The notes under the pieces were generated by a model, which was not told the origin of the DNA, ran no database searches, and saw nothing but the letters and a program-made list of their open reading frames with translations. A DNA stretch of 64,000 nucleotides, from positions 3,808,001 through 3,872,000 of the forward strand of contig OY769902.1 of NCBI GenBank assembly GCA_963669175.1. Reading direction: 5' to 3'. The translations under genes were made by a program, and so were the position numbers. Each line of letters starts with the position of its first letter. The first letter of the stretch is position 1. The DNA is from a bacterium (GTDB taxonomy: Bacteria > Electryoneota > Electryoneia > Electryoneales > Electryoneaceae). Below, one piece after another: positions 51,001 through 61,180 of the stretch.

Positions 51001-53177
51001 CCCGTACCCGAAATACCCGCTATATATGGATCATCCGTAGTAACCGAAATCTCAATCTGGTTCTGTTGCATGTCACTTCTGTTTTCCAGTTCAAATAACA
51101 GGCCGATCGTTTCACCTGCTTCTGCAATCCCATTGCTGTTTCCCGTGGTTCCATTCTGCCCATTATCTACTACAACAACATCTGCGAACACGATACTTTG
51201 TGCGACTTCCTGCACGGACACATCCATTTCATAGGGCAAATAGTGTTGTGCCGTAATAAACAACTTCAGTTCATTAGCCACACACCCATTCAAATCAAGC
51301 CAGCACTGACCACCTGCATTTGTCTGATTCTTCGAAACAACAAATACGCTGTCCCCGACTTCACTGGACATGGTTACCCAGGCATTTTCAACCGGTTCAC
51401 TTGACATGGGATCATAGAGGGTAACATGGTAACCATTCTGACCATGTGCAATTGTGCTGTCAGCAAACAGGAGCATGGTCTTGGGGCTTCCTGTCCATAG
51501 ATAGACAGTGGGATCCCCCATGATATTGCACCATGTCGCAAAATTATGGACCATTTCATCCTGATGCCCGCAAAAACTCGTATACATATTGAATTTCGCA
51601 CCAATGCCAGCCTGTCCAACCGAAGGATTTTTTTGCTGGAGAATGCTGAACCAGGCGCCTCCGGCCAACGCATTGTTAAACCTTGTATGAGTCGATCCTT
51701 CATGCATTCCCATTGCAGCTATGGCGCCACGAGGAACACTGGCTGTACCGGCTCGCATCCAGGCTTCACTGATACCATCCCCAAGCCAGTCACCCGTTCT
51801 GCATGTCAAATCAATCACCATAGGTGTCATGAAGTCATTCGCCAGTTCATTAATCTCTTCAGGATTTAACCCTGTATCCTGATATCCACGATGATGATAT
51901 AAACTGACGCCATTATTCAAGTGCATGATATCTTGATGATTAATCCAGAATTGTGTGCCTTGTGTATACCAAGCAGTATCTACCTGTGTATACCCTGCAC
52001 TCAGCATCAGATTTCGAACATACCTTCCGGTATATATTGTCGATATTCCCGAAGCGCTGGATGTTGCAGAAACAGACCCTCTCGTAAACCATTGCTGATT
52101 ATCAAGATAAGGATGCTTCTCGTAGGAAAGCACTTTATTGGTGTATATTACCAGTTCGCTGGCATTTTCAACACTGATCCGTCCTATAGCACAATCCAGC
52201 AGGAAATCGTCCCCGGCTAACAGTCCGTATGCATGGTCGCCAAAACCTGTGCCAGGTGGCACAACGAATGAACCTGTCGCATCACCAACTATCACGATGT
52301 AATCGAAGGGAACTTCCGCAGCATTCCACCGCGCCTGGAGTTCTGTTCGAATATCATTGCTGGTCCATGAAAGAACATCTTCTGGCGTTAAGAAAGCCAG
52401 ATCCCAGCCACGTTGCTTTTTCCAGGTTATCCAGTCTTCCATCAAGGTGAGGGCTTCATTGGTAGAAACCACCTGCACACTGCCGCGAACAACACGATAC
52501 TCGTCCAGCTCAGCGTCATCCCAGTCGGAAAGCTGACGATAAAACGGGAGGAAAGTCTCACTCAATGTCGTTGGCCAGGTAGTCAATTGATTGCGATCAT
52601 CCACCCCATAATAATGAACAGCTATAGTTATATCAGAATATATCCTGACCTCATGCCTGGCCGGATTTACCTGTACTGGTGAAAGGTGAAGTCCTGCAAC
52701 TCGAAAATCGTGCATGATCGCAGGCGATGTAGCGTCTACGATCTCTTCAGGCAACCATCTGTCGGGGCTATCTTCAGCGAAGGACAATGAGAAGTTGACT
52801 TCATTAAAAAAGCTTTCAGTTGTAATATCTGAGTAGGTAGTGTATTCGGCATCCAGAATGTCTATGCTGATTGCAGACTGTGGGGGAATCCGGAACAATC
52901 CTGAAACAATCGGAAGAACCGGTTCTTCCGGATAATCATCGGGGAGAATGTCCTGAAGGACAAACCTGGAAATCTCATCAGGGTATTCAGGCGATTCAAC
53001 AATATCAACAGCCGGCAGGCGAATAATACAGTTAAAACCATCCGAGGTTGTACAGACTTGTTCGAACTTTACCAGGGGGACAGATGTGGCGCAGGAATCA
53101 GGGGCTTGCGTAGCATACACTGGTGACAGAGCGATCACCAGCAGTATCTGTACGAATACCACACCCCTTCCACGCAT
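48078..53177 (-). CDS. C25 (gingipain-like) cysteine peptidase with accessory domains and T9SS C-terminal domain
   Basis: WKKQRG, YIVIVGD, IGRIS, TCRTGD, NIMGDP; YPNPFNPTT..LASGMYF..KLLLLK. Confidence 0.85.
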   Translation of the reverse strand: MRGRGVVFVQILLVIALSPVYATQAPDSCATSVPLVKFEQVCTTSDGFNCIIRLPAVDIVESPEYPDEISRFVLQDILPDDYPEEPVLPIVSGLFRIPPQSAISIDILDAEYTTYSDITTESFFNEVNFSLSFAEDSPDRWLPEEIVDATSPAIMHDFRVAGLHLSPVQVNPARHEVRIYSDITIAVHYYGVDDRNQLTTWPTTLSETFLPFYRQLSDWDDAELDEYRVVRGSVQVVSTNEALTLMEDWITWKKQRGWDLAFLTPEDVLSWTSNDIRTELQARWNAAEVPFDYIVIVGDATGSFVVPPGTGFGDHAYGLLAGDDFLLDCAIGRISVENASELVIYTNKVLSYEKHPYLDNQQWFTRGSVSATSSASGISTIYTGRYVRNLMLSAGYTQVDTAWYTQGTQFWINHQDIMHLNNGVSLYHHRGYQDTGLNPEEINELANDFMTPMVIDLTCRTGDWLGDGISEAWMRAGTASVPRGAIAAMGMHEGSTHTRFNNALAGGAWFSILQQKNPSVGQAGIGAKFNMYTSFCGHQDEMVHNFATWCNIMGDPTVYLWTGSPKTMLLFADSTIAHGQNGYHVTLYDPMSSEPVENAWVTMSSEVGDSVFVVSKNQTNAGGQCWLDLNGCVANELKLFITAQHYLPYEMDVSVQEVAQSIVFADVVVVDNGQNGTTGNSNGIAEAGETIGLLFELENRSDMQQNQIEISVTTDDPYIAGISGTGTLQSIQPRSSAFVNGVVLVELSPATPDGWNAYYRITINADLSETTDIIPLEIQSFKLALIQAQALNDSGNVISPGETGILQCLVANVGNSSALDPVNLVLHSDDPFISIGHNVGVMTSLAPSQTAMTSQFEISIHPEAFKGHRGNLYLTALSTNNMLDTLYFDVTIGEVDADDPIGPDLYGHYAFDNTDTLYYEEYAPDFTWIEINPDLHEHLFLGENLCLQDTVDNQDTAVVIQLPFPVRYYGETYSEMTIAVNGFVAMGNQADMPLQRNWTIPSPLGPSAMIAPYWDERKTDDESGIFYYHDAWNGRIIVEWYRVLDAAMHNPCTFELILYQQPEPDSTWTNDNDILFQYRTMNHSQGNGADVYYFTTGIENQTQDDGLQLAYWNSYTPGMPPVENGRAVLFTTNVMRIMGSIEGTISSTLNEAPIEGALVVTDDGQASACTNANGYYCLERVVAGRVDLEVFHDCFNSKYIENIAVDMDEPTEVNISLYSPDLLITPPVVIDTIHTDEDHTLSINLYNPGDGLLEYDAGIRFQGENEGMQFQRIVEELPTDDNDLDDMASPWDWAYSFSLSEQETRNRGLVFDGRFFWVTGSNGLDVNVPNQLYQYDRYGAFIRSFDQPVGENMRSDPGIYGLTSDGDFLYGVDGGWLYRIDKKWELEEGNWQVGSIAAIDSFETPVNPARYLAYDPDSDLFWMGDYGIDIYAVNRQGSIIAQYPQDFFPRGASWFAEDPDGFNLYFICQANGSNQTSIVKMNPENGDAVEIYSFIAPAGNVHPSGIDISGQWNPLVWVIATIIDCGEEDGLQVWTLSDNLPFFTIEQANGVVIPGTASILLFNVDGSLLNQGVYRFYTYFKHNACSAHNNWAYFTIVAPDTVTQAITVAAQPVEWEFSGVYPNPFNPTTTIAFSLKQNSPVHATLYDILGREVATVIDEIRPSGHHQVAFDGSNLASGMYFLHFQAGPLQETRKLLLLK

Positions 53178-53360
53178 GGAACTCTCCGAATAGAGTCATC
53201 TACAGATATTTCGTTATGTCATGCAGGCTTTATAGTCATCCACGATAAGCTGATTATCCTTCAAGTACATCAAGGTAAGAAGTCAAGTACAGCTATGTAT
53301 CAATAAGAAGAAGGAAAATGAAACATTTTCGGAGGTATCACTGCCTCTCCGAGCCGTATC

Positions 53361-53855
53361 CTACAACGAGTCCAACGCAGCTTTCAACTGATCGTAACAC
53401 TCCCACATATCTTGACTTATCACTTTCGTCTCCCCCAGAACCGGCATAAAATTAGTATCCCCTTTCCAGCGGGGTACAATATGCAGGTGGATATGCTCCT
53501 CCAACCCTGCCCCGGCAATGGTTCCCATGTTCCAACCGAGATTAAACCCATGCGGATGCAATGTTCTCTCCATCGCTTCCATGCACACCTGCGTCAATTC
53601 ACCGGTAGCTTCCCATTCATACGGTTCCATCTGACGTAAATCATGCAAGTGCCTGTTGGGGCAAACCATCAGGTGACCATTGGAATACGGGTACCGATTC
53701 ATGATTACAAAAGCATTTTCACGACGAATCAGAATGAGGTTCTCACGGTCGTTTTCAATCCCCTCCTTCAGGGCATCACAAAGAAAACAATCCGTAACCC
53801 CATTTGCGGATTCTTTGATCCATTTGAACCGCCAGGGCGCGTACATCTTTTCCAT
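53361..53855 (-). CDS. HIT-family hydrolase (Ap4A phosphorylase/hydrolase-like)
   Basis: APWR, CFLC, NRYPY.NGHLM, HIHLHIVPRW.GD.NF. Confidence 0.92.
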   Translation of the reverse strand: MEKMYAPWRFKWIKESANGVTDCFLCDALKEGIENDRENLILIRRENAFVIMNRYPYSNGHLMVCPNRHLHDLRQMEPYEWEATGELTQVCMEAMERTLHPHGFNLGWNMGTIAGAGLEEHIHLHIVPRWKGDTNFMPVLGETKVISQDMWECYDQLKAALDSL

Positions 53856-53872
53856 CTTCTTCCCCGTTCACG

Positions 53873-53902
53873 AAAAAAGGCGGCGGCCAAATTGCCGCCG
53901 CC
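53873..53902 (-). terminator. Terminator of EF-G gene
   Basis: AAAAAAGGCGGCGGC..GCCGCCGCC. Confidence 0.8.
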
Positions 53903-53925
53903 CAGATATGGCTTACAAAACTTTA

Positions 53926-56004
53926 TCAGTTACCTTCAGCCTTCTTCGCTTCGTATTCTTCCACGAGCTTGGCCTGGATATCGCCCGGCACTTCCTCGTA
54001 ATGGGAGAACTTGCGACGATGTGTTCCACGACCGGAAGTCATTGAACGAAGAGTGTTGGCGTACTTGTACAGCTCTGCCAGCGGCACCTTGGCATGAATG
54101 ATCTGCCATTTGCCCTGGACTTCCATGCTGGCGACCTTGCCACGACGGCTGGAAATGTCACCCATGACATCACCCATGTTCTCCTGCGGAACCTTGATAT
54201 CCACATCATAAATCGGTTCCAGGATTACCGGCTTTGCAGCCTTACAGGCTTCACGGAAACCAAGCGATCCCGCCATCTTGAAGCTGAATTCATCCGAATC
54301 GACCGGATGGTACTTGCCGAAGTATACGGTGGCCTTTACATCGATGACCTGGTTGCCGGCGATAATACCACGGCCGGTGCCTTCCTGGCAGCCCTTGTCA
54401 ACGGCAGGAATGAACTGACGCGGAATAACACCACCAACAATCGCGTCGACAAATTCATAACCTTCGCCACGTGGTTGGGGTTCTACACGAATATTGGCAA
54501 TACCGAACTGGCCACGTCCACCGGACTGCTTCTTATGTTTACCTTCAGCCTCAGCAGTTTTACGGATAGTTTCACGATACGGGATCTTCGGTTCCACCAA
54601 TTCAGCATCGACACCAAAACGATCTTTCAAACGGCTGAGAACGACTGCCAACTGCGCATCGCCCTGGCCAGCAAGAATCGTCTGGGAAAGTTCCGGATCG
54701 AAAGTCACGACGAAGGTCGGGTCGGCCTTCTGAAGAATATTCAGACCTTCCGAAATCTTGTCCTCTTCCCCGCTGGTCTTGGGGACCACTGAACCACGAA
54801 TGCTGGGTTCCGGGAATTTCGGCGGCGCAAGAATTACCGGGAAGTCAGAAACGGCGAGAGTATCACCGGTTTTGGTGCTCTTCAGTTTCACCAGCACGCC
54901 CATATCACCGGCGTTAAGCTGATCGACAGTCTTGCGTTCCTTGCCCAGGGAAATCGCAACCTGGCTGATCTTTTCAGAACCATTCCCGGAATTGTTGGTC
55001 AGTTCTACACCGGCAGTCAATGCTCCTGAGAACACCCGGAAGTAGCTCATTTCGCCAACATGCGCTTCAGTCGTCGTCTTGTATATCAACAGGCTGATCT
55101 TGCCAGCAGGATCACAGACAACCTCAACCTCTTCACCTGTTTTCTTATCCTGGGCCTTTTCAACCGGACGATCCAACGGGGTAGGTCCGAATGTTTCAAA
55201 GAAGGCTGTAAGCTTGTCAATACCGACCTGAGAAGTCGCTGCACCGCAAAGTACCGGGAAAATCGCTCCAGCCTTAATCCCCGTCTTCATGCCCTTGACC
55301 ATCTCTTCGTCTGTCAGGGAACCTTCCTCGAAGAACTTCTCCATCAGTTCATCGTCAGCTTCCGCAACACGTTCGATCAGCTTTTCACGAAGCTCATCGG
55401 CCTTGTCTTGCAGGTTGCCCGGAATATCACTGGCTGAAGCTTTACCATTTTCGTAGGTGTAAAGCTTCATGGAAAGCAGATCGATGATCTGGTTAAAGCC
55501 GGGACCACAGTTCACTGCATACTGCATCGGCGCTGCATTGGGATACGCTTCCTCGAGCTGGCCGAGAACCTTCTCGAAATCAGCGTTTTCCTTGTCCAGC
55601 AGGTTGACAAAGAAAGCACGCGGTAATTCGGCTTCCTCTGCACGTTCCCAAACCTGTTCAGTCACGACTTCAATACCGGCCACACCATGAATGGTAACCA
55701 GCGCCATGTCACTGACACGCAATGCGCCGTTTACTTCACCCAGAAAATCACTGAATCCGGGAGTGTCAATCAGATTGAATCGAACTTCCTTGGTCGACGC
55801 GGTCAGCAAACTCGCAGAAATTGAATGCTTCCTGCTGATTTCGTCCTTGGTGAAGTCACTGTGAGAAGTGCCTTCATCTACCGAGCCCATCCGGTCGATC
55901 GCTTTGAGCGAATACAACACAGATTCACAGAGGCTGGTCTTACCGGATTGTCCATGCCCGATGAGGCATACGTTCCGAATAGCAGCCGGTTGGTAATCCT
56001 TCAC
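53926..56004 (-). CDS. fusA: Elongation factor G paralog (EF-G2 type)
   Basis: GHGQSGKT, DTPGFSDF, PYRETI, KQSGGRGQF, LRSMTSGRG; not in an rpsL-rpsG operon. Confidence 0.9.
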   Translation of the reverse strand: MKDYQPAAIRNVCLIGHGQSGKTSLCESVLYSLKAIDRMGSVDEGTSHSDFTKDEISRKHSISASLLTASTKEVRFNLIDTPGFSDFLGEVNGALRVSDMALVTIHGVAGIEVVTEQVWERAEEAELPRAFFVNLLDKENADFEKVLGQLEEAYPNAAPMQYAVNCGPGFNQIIDLLSMKLYTYENGKASASDIPGNLQDKADELREKLIERVAEADDELMEKFFEEGSLTDEEMVKGMKTGIKAGAIFPVLCGAATSQVGIDKLTAFFETFGPTPLDRPVEKAQDKKTGEEVEVVCDPAGKISLLIYKTTTEAHVGEMSYFRVFSGALTAGVELTNNSGNGSEKISQVAISLGKERKTVDQLNAGDMGVLVKLKSTKTGDTLAVSDFPVILAPPKFPEPSIRGSVVPKTSGEEDKISEGLNILQKADPTFVVTFDPELSQTILAGQGDAQLAVVLSRLKDRFGVDAELVEPKIPYRETIRKTAEAEGKHKKQSGGRGQFGIANIRVEPQPRGEGYEFVDAIVGGVIPRQFIPAVDKGCQEGTGRGIIAGNQVIDVKATVYFGKYHPVDSDEFSFKMAGSLGFREACKAAKPVILEPIYDVDIKVPQENMGDVMGDISSRRGKVASMEVQGKWQIIHAKVPLAELYKYANTLRSMTSGRGTHRRKFSHYEEVPGDIQAKLVEEYEAKKAEGN

Positions 56005-56306
56005 GTCTGGTTCCTCCTATCCCTGCTAACAGGGATCTCCTGTATCATGCTTCCAATTTTTTTTGCACGTAATGCGCCGAAAAAGGCATCTTGGAAGATA
56101 CGTGTCACTCCCCGATTGATCAAGCCCGACTCTCCGAATCTCCTCATGAAGACAGGGATTCGAGTTAGGGCATTTTATCCTGCGATACCAGCAGGGTAAC
56201 ATGGTTCCTGGACAGGCACTCCCAACCTGTTATCAGCGAAAATCAAGATAGCTCCTTTCCCCTGTCTACCCTATATTATCTGGCGCAGGCAACCCGTGTT
56301 ATCAAA

Positions 56307-57283
56307 ATGCTAAACCCATACAGTGCTACTTTTATGGACGTACTTCAAACGACAATCCATGAAGAGCTCGGCATCGGTCTACTGGTGCAGGGAAAACTGT
56401 TTTTCTCCCTCCTGGCTATTCTCACAATCCTGATTATTCGTTTCCTGGTCATAAGAATCATCATTCAGCGCAAACGCAGTTCTGAAATAGTATACCAATG
56501 GCGCAAACACAGCAGCCGTATTTCTTTCATTGTTGCTCTGATTCTACTCGGCGCTATCTGGCTGGAATCCGTGAAAACCCTGGGGACTTTCCTCGGGCTG
56601 TTCACCGCCGGTGTTGCCATCGCGCTGAAAGACCTGCTGACCAACTTCGCCGGATGGATCTTTATCGCCTGGCGAAAACCTTTCCAGGTCAGCGACCGCA
56701 TTCAGATTGGCAATCATTCCGGCGATGTGATTGATATTCGGATTTTCCAGTTCACCATACTTGAAACCGGAAACTGGGTAGACGCAGACCAGAGTACCGG
56801 CAGACTGATGCATATCCCCAACGGACAAATCTTTTCCAATCCGGTCGCAAACTACACCGCTGGATTCAACTACATCTGGAATGAAATCCCCGTCCTGATC
56901 ACTTTCGAGAGCGACTGGAAAAAGGCAACTGACATTCTTCAGACGATTGCAAATGAGCAGTTGGCATCCCTCGCAGAAACAGCGGTTGAAGAGATTCGAA
57001 AGGCATCGTATCAGTACCTGATCACGTACAAAACTCTCACCCCGTTGTCTATACTTCAGTAAAAGACAGCGGAGTTTTGCTTACAATACGCTATCTGTGC
57101 AGACCTCGGACACGAAGAGGAACAGAGGAAACAGTTTGGAAAGCCGTCTTGACCGCCTTTGCTGAACACAGCGATATTGACTTCGCTTACCCAACACTGC
57201 GTTTTTACACGAATGCAACCGAGGGGAAACCCGGAACAAGGCCGGGTGCGTTGTATTCGGAGCCAACGGGAGATTCAGAATGA
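56307..57283 (+). pseudogene. MscS-family mechanosensitive channel, frameshifted at 57040-57043
   Basis: PFQVSDRIQI, DQSTGR, IPN; one extra C joins LTP to VVYTSVKDSGVLLTIRYL..IDFAYPT. Confidence 0.8.
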
Positions 57284-58215
57284 AGCGACCACCGGCAGGA
57301 AAGCGGCTACCCGCTTTGGTCCTTCTCTACCTAACTTGCTTACTGATGGTACAGGCTTACGGATTCAGCCAGCTTCGTACGGATCTGTTCGGCAACCGTG
57401 AATTACAAGGCATGATATCCTCTGACGAGATTGATGAAGCCTCCGGGCTGGCTTCAAGCATTATCAATCCTGGCATTCTCTGGACCCACAACGATTCCGG
57501 TGATCGTAACCGCATTTTCGCCATTGACAATACTGGCCAGTTGGTCGGTGAATACACTCTGGATGGGTGCGACGCTCGTGATTGGGAAGATATCGCTGTT
57601 GGCCCCGGCCCGGAAGAACATACTTCTTATCTCTACGTTGGCAACATCGGCGACAACAGAGCTCATTATAATATCAAATACATCTACAGGGTTAAAGAAC
57701 CGGTAATTCAGCGGCTTCCGGGTGATCATGTCTTCAAAGAGACACTTTCCGGCGCGGACATCCTGGAGTTTTCACTTCCAGATGGCAATCGTGACACGGA
57801 AACCCTGATGATTGATCCTTTAAATCGCGATCTGTACATCATCTCGAAACGGGAAAACCCGGTTCATGTCTACCGTTTGCCTTACCCCCAGAATCCGGAT
57901 ACTCTGCTGATCCCGGAACTGGTCGCGACGATTCCATGCACACTTGCCGTGGCTGGTGATATCAATCCCACAGGAAACGAAGTCCTGATAAAAACCTATG
58001 ATCTCGTGTTCCATTGGACACGTTCGCCGGAACAGTCCATCGCGAATTTGTTGTCTACTCCTCCAGACACTCTCCCCTATTTTCCGCCCGAACCACAAGG
58101 CGAGGGTATCGCATGGGAATTGTACGGAACCGGCTACTACACACTCAGTGAAGAACCGGATGACATCCCGGCCTATCTCTATTTTTATCCGCGAATCGGA
58201 AGGGATGACGATTAG
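57280..58215 (+). CDS. Exported hypothetical protein, probable beta-propeller
   Basis: EASGLA, WTHNDSG, DWEDIA, GNIGDN, QGEGIA; signal peptide. Confidence 0.75.
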   Translation: MKRPPAGKRLPALVLLYLTCLLMVQAYGFSQLRTDLFGNRELQGMISSDEIDEASGLASSIINPGILWTHNDSGDRNRIFAIDNTGQLVGEYTLDGCDARDWEDIAVGPGPEEHTSYLYVGNIGDNRAHYNIKYIYRVKEPVIQRLPGDHVFKETLSGADILEFSLPDGNRDTETLMIDPLNRDLYIISKRENPVHVYRLPYPQNPDTLLIPELVATIPCTLAVAGDINPTGNEVLIKTYDLVFHWTRSPEQSIANLLSTPPDTLPYFPPEPQGEGIAWELYGTGYYTLSEEPDDIPAYLYFYPRIGRDDD

Positions 58216-58224
58216 CAAAGAGAG

Positions 58225-58251
58225 AAAAAAAACAGCCTCACGGCTGTTTTT
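58225..58251. terminator. Bidirectional terminator
   Basis: AAAAAAAACAGCC-TCAC-GGCTGTTTTT between convergent genes. Confidence 0.8.
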
Positions 58252-58282
58252 CGGCTCTTACAATACGATTGCATCCCCTACT

Positions 58283-58621
58283 TCAGGTAGTCGATTTGTC
58301 CTTCTTCGTTTCACTTTTCGCATCACTCTTCTTGCTCTCGGGTTCATGATGCGGGCAGGTCTCGCAATAACCATTGCTGCCATGATCATGATCAGCATGA
58401 TGATGATGACCGTTACCGTTACCATTGATCGCCGGGTTCTTCCCCTTATAATCTGTCTGGTACCAGCCGCTGCCCTTAAAAATCACACCGATCCCGCCAG
58501 AAATCACACGTCGCGCTTCGCCCTGACATTCCGGACAGTGCTTTTCGCTCTCGTCTGTGATGCTGTGAAACAAATCAAAATGTGTACCGCACTTGGTACA
58601 CTCATATGTATAGGTTGGCAT
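58283..58621 (-). CDS. FmdB-family zinc-ribbon protein with His-rich tail
   Basis: MPTYTYEC..C, CPEC, FKGSGWY.TDY. Confidence 0.9.
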   Translation of the reverse strand: MPTYTYECTKCGTHFDLFHSITDESEKHCPECQGEARRVISGGIGVIFKGSGWYQTDYKGKNPAINGNGNGHHHHADHDHGSNGYCETCPHHEPESKKSDAKSETKKDKSTT

Positions 58622-58825
58622 CTCACGTCCTCCATGACAGGCGTTACCTTCTTAACCGGCCAGCTAAGCAATCTTTATGCCTGTCAGTTACTTTACTGAA
58701 GCGGGAAAGATATAGGCTCAACCCGCTGTTTTCAATATAAAAGACAATTCAGAAGGAGCAATATTCCATATGGTCTTCATACCTGCCTGCCAATACACTG
58801 CCGAAACGGCAGAATGACAGCAAAC

Positions 58826-59161
58826 TTAAAAACTCTCCAATGCCTCTTCAACAGAAGCCCGGAAATCGAATACCTGCTCAAGTCGTGTGATCCGGAACAG
58901 GGACATGATTTTTTCCGGTGTGCCAGCCAGTTTCATCACGCCCTTGACGTTCTGAACCGTACTCGTCGCTGCAACCAGGACACCCAACCCGGAAGAATTC
59001 ATCCACTGCAACTCACTCATATTCAGGACCAGCTTCCGAGTACCGTCTTCAACCTGCTGCTTCACTTCATTACGCAACAGTGCGGTATCATCGTTATTCA
59101 TCACTTTGCCGCTGAGATCCAATATGACTACATCACCCTCTTTACGCACTTGCAATTCCAT
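58826..59161 (-). CDS. STAS-domain anti-sigma factor antagonist
   Basis: VILDLSG, WMNSSGLGVLV, LFRITRL, VEEALESF. Confidence 0.9.
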   Translation of the reverse strand: MELQVRKEGDVVILDLSGKVMNNDDTALLRNEVKQQVEDGTRKLVLNMSELQWMNSSGLGVLVAATSTVQNVKGVMKLAGTPEKIMSLFRITRLEQVFDFRASVEEALESF

Positions 59162-59273
59162 GCGTGTCCCCTGCGTGTTTTCCGATGTGTTCTCTTTGGC
59201 TAAAGGTAAGAGACCCTGCTGGAAGGAACAAGATGACAAATCCGCAATAATGGAGTAAATCAGAAGCGGTCCA

Positions 59274-60719
59274 TTATTTTTGCGCCAAACGCACCGGTCC
59301 TTCGATTTCATCCTCGGCATTTTGCGGCACCAGGCTGCAAAATGCGATGTAGCGATCCATTACGTTGTCCACATATTCCACGACATACTTACCACGGAAG
59401 TACCCGTTCCGTGAGCCCTGGTAATACTCCGGCTGATCGAATTGTGCCATGACGTTCCGAACAGTCTTCCAAGAATCACCATCCTGCCCATGATCCTGCG
59501 CCCATCTGCGGGCGTCCTGCACATGCCCCCAGCCGACGTTGTAGGAACCGATGGAGAAAGCCAACCGATCCATCTCGTTTTCCACATCTTCGAACTGGTT
59601 GTACAGAAACTTCATGTATCGAGAACCGCCAAAGATATTCTGAGAAGGATCGTACAGGTTATCCACCCCGAGCTCTTCCCCGGTTGTCGGCATGAGCTGC
59701 ATCAACCCGATAGCGCCGGCCCATGACTTCGCATCCGGATAAAATCCCGATTCGATATACGACACCGCCGCGAGGAATCGCCAGTCAAAACCGTACCGTT
59801 CACCCGCATGCTTAAAGATGTGATCGTACCGGCTGATCTTGCCCTCGGTACGCAATGCGAGCTGGGCGCTGCGATGACGGATAAAGCGTTCCGAATGGTT
59901 GAAGTAACGCCGTTGCAGGATGGCAAAATAGGAGCTCTTCCGGTAACGGCTGAGAAACTCGTCGAGAGTCTCCTGCAATTCAGGAGCGTTGGGACGCACT
60001 GCCCAGGCGATCTGCTGCGACTCCGTAATCGAAATGCCGATTTGCAGGTTCGGGAAAAATGACTGCTCCATCCGTGCGATCACGTTATCGACAATGGTCA
60101 ACTCCGCCAGTCCACGAGCCACCAGCTCCACCGGTTCCTCATCATTTAATGAGTCTATCGGCGACTGGATGATGACGTTGAGACCCTGACGCTGCAATTC
60201 ACGCAAGCGTTCCTCATACGAACTGCCACGACGCACGACAATAGTCCGTCCCTCGAGTTCATCCATCGTCCTGGGTGGAGGATGCTCCTCGGTTCCGACC
60301 AGAACCTGGCGTACTTCCAGGTACGGGTTTGAGAAGTTGATGATCCCGGAACGTTCTTCTGTGCGGGTCAGCATGGCGGCGATGATGTCACCACGTCCTT
60401 CCAACAGGTAGGGAACCATGTCTTCAAAACGGGGCGGTACAACTACCTGGAGATGAATGTTCTGTTCTTCTGCGAACTTCTTGATCAGTTCGTATTCAAA
60501 CCCACGACGCGCACCACGGTACAAGTAGTACATCAACGGGTGATTACGTGTAATCACGCGAAGAGTGTCCCTTGTCAGAATGCTGTCCAAGTCTATCGAG
60601 GCGACCTCAATAGCTTCAGCATCCATCCCGGGATGTTGGCCTGGGCTGAATAACACGGCAAAGAAGATGATTAAAAAACCAACTACTGCCCAGAACACGT
60701 ATTTCGGTGTTCGGTCCAT
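59274..60719 (-). CDS. mltF: Membrane-bound lytic transglycosylase F-like (SBP + SLT)
   Basis: GFEYEL, DWRFLAA..Y.ES.F, GAIGLMQLMP, YNVGWGHV.DA. Confidence 0.88.
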   Translation of the reverse strand: MDRTPKYVFWAVVGFLIIFFAVLFSPGQHPGMDAEAIEVASIDLDSILTRDTLRVITRNHPLMYYLYRGARRGFEYELIKKFAEEQNIHLQVVVPPRFEDMVPYLLEGRGDIIAAMLTRTEERSGIINFSNPYLEVRQVLVGTEEHPPPRTMDELEGRTIVVRRGSSYEERLRELQRQGLNVIIQSPIDSLNDEEPVELVARGLAELTIVDNVIARMEQSFFPNLQIGISITESQQIAWAVRPNAPELQETLDEFLSRYRKSSYFAILQRRYFNHSERFIRHRSAQLALRTEGKISRYDHIFKHAGERYGFDWRFLAAVSYIESGFYPDAKSWAGAIGLMQLMPTTGEELGVDNLYDPSQNIFGGSRYMKFLYNQFEDVENEMDRLAFSIGSYNVGWGHVQDARRWAQDHGQDGDSWKTVRNVMAQFDQPEYYQGSRNGYFRGKYVVEYVDNVMDRYIAFCSLVPQNAEDEIEGPVRLAQK

Positions 60720-61021
60720 ACCTATAACCTAGCGGTCCTTTCTCTCCCGGTCAAGCTCAAAATTTTCAAGCACCCTTCTCTTCCTGTATTCATAAATCTT
60801 AAAATGTTACCATCATACGTATTTGTGTAAGTTTAGTTCCTGCCTTGGGATACAAAGAAAAGAATCGCACCGGTTCCTGAACCTCTTTGCCTCTCCAAAC
60901 ATCCTGATTTATCAGGATGTTACACCAAATCCAAAATATCCTGAACAAAAAGCTGTAAATGTACCACGTTTTAAATAGCTGCCTTCGGATGTAGTCAGGT
61001 GATCTACGCGGGTGGGTACGA

Positions 61022-61180
61022 CTACTTGAGCAGTACGACCTTTGTACGCCTGACCTCCTTTCCGGCCGCCATTTCGACGAAGTACACCCCGGAAGCTATC
61101 CCGCTAACTTTGAAAATTCTCCGGTGATATCCCGCCTGCTGCTCTCCCCAGCTCTCCTCCATCAACCGTTGCCCAAGGCG
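61022..61180 (-). pseudogene. Orphan fragment of a T9SS C-terminal sorting domain
   Basis: LGQ..AGYH..IASGVYFV..KVVLLK*; no N-terminal part. Confidence 0.7.
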
